A stretch of DNA of 64,000 nucleotides. Source: Blepharisma stoltei ATCC 30299. Its lineage: Eukaryota; Protista; Ciliophora. The stretch covers positions 877,960 to 941,959 of the forward strand of contig CBFDEM010000020.1 of NCBI GenBank assembly GCA_965603825.1, given 5' to 3'. Below the pieces are notes generated by a model that was not told the DNA's origin, ran no database searches, and worked only from the letters and a program-made list of their open reading frames with translations. This document shows, piece by piece, positions 60,319 to 64,000 of the stretch (position 1 is the stretch's first letter; each line of letters starts with the position of its first letter). The position numbers and the translations under genes are program-made.

Positions 60319-63015
60319 ATGGAATGAAATCATAATGAATGTCTCCAAGAGCGTGGGCTTTCTGATCAGGCCAGCCCAAAAGATCTAAGAATTGCTAATG
60401 GAAATTTAATGGAATACCTCCAAGAGCTATGTGATAAATCAGAGCAATCTGAATTATGAGAATGAGCTGTTTCTAATCTAAATGAGAAGAAAACTCTTGA
60501 AAGAGTAGCTAATGAATTGCAAACTTTGTCAAAAATAATCCTAATCAGTTCTTCTCCTAAACGAGGAAATCACTCCGATACTTATAAAATTGAATCAAAA
60601 TTATTTTCAAGCCACAATCTTAATGCTCATTGTTGTTACAAAAGAAAAGCAAAAGAATTAATTGAGCCTCTCTCAAGTATCGATTATAAGATAGCTCAAA
60701 TCATCGTCCGAGATTTATCAGATTGAACAAGCATTGAAACAACAAAAAATACTTATTTCAATAAAATCAACATTAATTCTTTATCAAATGTTTTAGCATC
60801 CTTTAAAGGTCTGCTCTCTTCAAAATCTCAAGGACTCTTATTTAATCTAATCCTATTATCCAGGGAATCCGACGAAATAACTGCTGCATCCAGCAATGCA
60901 GCAACTATTTTAGCAAGAATAAACTACTCATTTGTAAATCAAAATTTAAGCAGGATTAAAATTCCCAATGCAAACTTATCAGGTAGCCTTTTTATCAATA
61001 CTAACCTAGAAAATAGCGATTTAACAAATACAGTTCTTTCTCAATCACACTTTTATTTTACGAATTTTGAAAGTTGTAAAATGGATAACTGCAAGTTTGG
61101 CCAGTTGCCAGAATTTTTGCCTAAAGAAACATGCAAAACTAAAGAATGCCAAGCTTGCTTTTCTCCGTGTGGAAAATATTTAGCAATTTCAACGAGCAAA
61201 AGCTTAAAAATAAGGGATATGGAAACATGTAAAAATTTCCGGAAAATGAAGCATGAAGGATCTTCAAAAATTTTTTGGTCTCCCTGCGGAAATTTTATTT
61301 GTTCTGTTAGCGAAAATAATGTGAAAATGATTGATACGAAAAATAGCTATCAGGAAGTAAAGCATAAAGTTGACGTTAACCCAAAATCTTTTTGCTTTTC
61401 TAAGAATTGGAAATATTGAGGCTCTTGCAAGCAAACCTGAGGAATCCAATGCTATAGTGTAAATCCCTGGAAAAAACTTTATGGGATGTCAAATGGTAAA
61501 GAGTTTTACAAATATTACTATGGAGGTAAGTTTTTATTTTCTAATTGTGAAAATTATATGATAATTGGAAATTCTTCAGCTATCTATATTTTTAAAATAA
61601 ACCCTTGAAGCCCAATAAAGCAGATCAAATGCAATTGATATTCATATTTTTCTTTATCATTTACACCATCCTCAGATTATATTTTTTTAACATTCTTAAA
61701 CTGTGTCCAATTGATGAACATATGATCAGAAGAATCAATAGAAATATTAAAAGAACCTTCCTCAATTGAGATTTCTCTATATGAAAAAGAGCCATTAATA
61801 TATGAGCCAGATGGCTATACCATTAAAACGATTGATTTAGGAAATCAAAAAATCGCTAAAACTTTCTTTGGAAACTCTAAAAATTCCATAACTTCAATTG
61901 CTTGCTCTCCTTGTGGTAAATATATTGCTCCGGTTGTGTCTTCGCTAAAAATTGAAACTTATGAATCCCCAGATATTTGCTCTAACATTGAAATTAATGG
62001 GCACTTAGGGATTATAAAATCTGTTGAAATTTCTGAAAGTGGCAACTATATGATTACATCTAGCACAGATCTATCAATTTTATGAGATATTCAAAATAAA
62101 TCTCAAATCAAAAAGCTTCTATCCATAAATCATTATGGCAATTATCATCGCTCAGCCATATCCAGTACGGATAGCTATTTTTTGGTATTCAACGATAATT
62201 GGATGTTTATCGGCAATATTAAAGAAAGAAAAGTAATAAAAAAGACATTTAAAGACTGCTTCTCTTATGCATCATTTTCTTATTGGAGCAGTGGCTATAT
62301 TCCAGATAAATTCTTAACTGTGTATTCAAGCAAATTTAGATGCTTAAAAGTGCTTGACATTGAAAATGGCACTACAAAAAGAGCATCCTCATTGATGAAG
62401 TCTACATCTAAGCCACTTGGTTTTAGCCCTTGCGGGACATATTTTTTCTCAAAATACTCTTTAAACTCGAAATTTTGGAGAATTAGCATTTGGAATACGA
62501 AAATTATGAAAAAGTTGGCACCTTTTGATACAAATATGAAAAGTATTACAGACTTTGCAGCTTCATACCCTGCTCAGCAATTTATTTTTGCTTTAATTGA
62601 GGAGAAGAGAACTGTCAAAATATTCAATATTGTAAATTATGCGAACAATGAATTGTCCAGCATAGGCTGCGCTTTTTGAAAAAATTTTGATTCAATTGAA
62701 GAAATTGGTCAAGTTGCATTTTCTTATTGTCAAAGATATCTCATAGCATGCCAAGAGGATAAATTAATTACTATATGACATTTAGAAACTGAAAATGTTG
62801 TATTGAGGATTAGCTCTTTGCATAAAGCTACAACTATCATGAAATTTGCAGTTACTTCATGCAGTGGGTATATAGTAATCACAGAAAATAATTTCTTTTG
62901 AGTTTTAAATTTGAAGTACGCTATGGATATTTTTGAGAGAAATGATAAAACATATATAAATTGCGAAATTTATAAATTATGTTTAGTGTGGCATTCTAGG
63001 GTGTTAGGGTGTTAG
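60319..63015 (+). CDS. Pentapeptide-repeat + WD40 protein (~898 aa), C-terminus truncated by the telomere
   Basis: One frame with ~13 TGA=W; SSNAATIL..FVNQNLSRIKIPNANLSGS..FGQLP; FSPCG WD-like repeats; first stop is TAG at 63013-63015, inside the telomere repeat. Confidence 0.85.
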
Positions 63016-64000
63016 GGTGTTAGGGTGTTAGGGTGTTAGGGTGTTAGGGTGTTAGGGTGTTAGGGTGTTAGGGTGTTAGGGTGTTAGGGGTTGGTGTTAG
63101 GGTGTTAGGGAGGTGTTAGGGTGTTAGGGTGTTAGGGTGTTAGGGTGTTAGGGTGTTAGGGTGTTAGGGTGTTAGGGTGTTAGGGTGTTAGGGTGTTAGG
63201 GTGTTAGGGTGTTAGGGTGTTAGGGTGTTAGGGTGTTAGGGTGGGTGTTAGGGTGTTAGGGTGTTAGGGTGTTAGGGTGTTAGGGTGTTAGGGTGTTAGG
63301 GTGTTAGGGTGTGGGTTAGGGTGTTAGGGTGTTAGGGTGTTAGGGTGTTAGGGTGTTAGGGTGTTAGGGTGTTAGGGTGTTAGGGTGTTAGGGTGTTAGG
63401 GTTGGTTAGGGTGTTAGGTGTTAGGGTGTTAGGGTGTTAGGGTGTTAGGGTGTTAGGGTGTTAGGGTGTTAGGGTGTTAGGGTGTTAGGGTGTTAGGGTG
63501 TTAGGGTGTTAGGGTGTTAGGGTGTTAGGGTGTTAGGGTGTTAGGGTGTTAGGGTGTTAGGGTGTTAGGGTGTTAGGGTGTTAGGGTGTTAGGGTGTTAG
63601 GGTGTTAGGGTGTTAGGGGTTAGGGTGTTAGGGTGTTAGGGTGTTAGGGTGTTAGGGTGTTAGGGTGTTAGGGTGTAGGGTGTTAGGGTGTTAGGGTGTT
63701 AGGGTGTTAGGGTGTTAGGGTGTTAGGGTGGGTGTAGGGTGTTAGGGTGTAGGTGTTAGGGTGTTAGGGTGTTAGGGTGTTAGGGTGAGGGTGTAGGGTG
63801 TTAGGTGTTGGGTGGTGTTAGGGTGTAGGGTGTTAGGGGGGTAGGGTGGTAGGGGGTGTTTGGGTGTAGGGTGTAGGGTGGGGGTTAGGGTGTAGGGGGT
63901 TAGGGTGTTAGGGTGGTAGGGTGTTAGGGGGTTAGGGTGTTGGGGGGTTTGGTAGGTGTGGGTGAGGGTTTAATGGGTTTATGTTATTGTTGGGTGTTAT
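62997..64000 (+). repeat. Telomere, (TGTTAGGG)n / (CCCTAACA)n
   Basis: About 1 kb of an 8-nt G-rich tandem repeat running to the window end; this is the heterotrich (Blepharisma/Stentor) telomere unit; degenerate distally. Confidence 0.97.

Noticed and set aside
232-62489. Short antisense or alternative-frame ORFs in the track (e.g. 25469-25885, 41189-41554, 45739-46038, 58426-58749)
   Set aside because: They overlap well-supported genes and have no motifs; they are shadows of codon structure.
701-62900. TGA-interrupted genes as pseudogenes or selenoproteins
   Set aside because: TGAs align with conserved Trp (TGG in paralogues), not Cys, and frames remain intact across dozens of sites.
60319-63015. 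Bacterial contamination or recent HGT of the pentapeptide-WD40 gene
   Set aside because: It uses host TGA=W heavily, has host-like AT content and is contiguous with the host telomere.
62997-64000. CRISPR array or satellite
   Set aside because: Contiguous 8-nt repeat with no spacers, at the sequence end; matches the heterotrich telomere unit.

Overview
This is the right-hand end of a macronuclear (somatic) chromosome of a heterotrich ciliate, most likely Blepharisma. Three independent features in the sequence support this: TGA is read as Trp (TAA/TAG are stops), there are 14 tiny 15/16-nt GTAA...AG introns with an invariant A at -6, and the window ends in about 1 kb of (TGTTAGGG)n = CCCTAACA telomere. 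The supplied standard-code ORF track fragments many genes. Re-translating with TGA=W and removing the introns gives about 27 protein-coding genes with very short intergenic gaps. Main content: (i) five leishmanolysin/GP63 (M8) metalloproteases with three different C-terminal anchoring modes, one ending in a LamG-like domain plus a polycystin-1-like 5-TM module; (ii) a tandem array of four double-domain cathepsin Z-like (C1A) genes plus a pseudogene, in which 7 of 8 domains have lost catalytic residues; (iii) housekeeping-type genes (CDC14, UTP25, RBMX2/IST3, TMEM104-like transporter, VPS13-like, MORN pair, MyTH4-FERM); (iv) a hidden archaemetzincin pseudogene; and (v) a subtelomeric zone of decayed fragments, a kinase-Kelch fusion, and a pentapeptide-WD40 gene whose ORF runs into the telomere and stops inside it. 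All family calls come from motif recognition by eye; no database searches were run.
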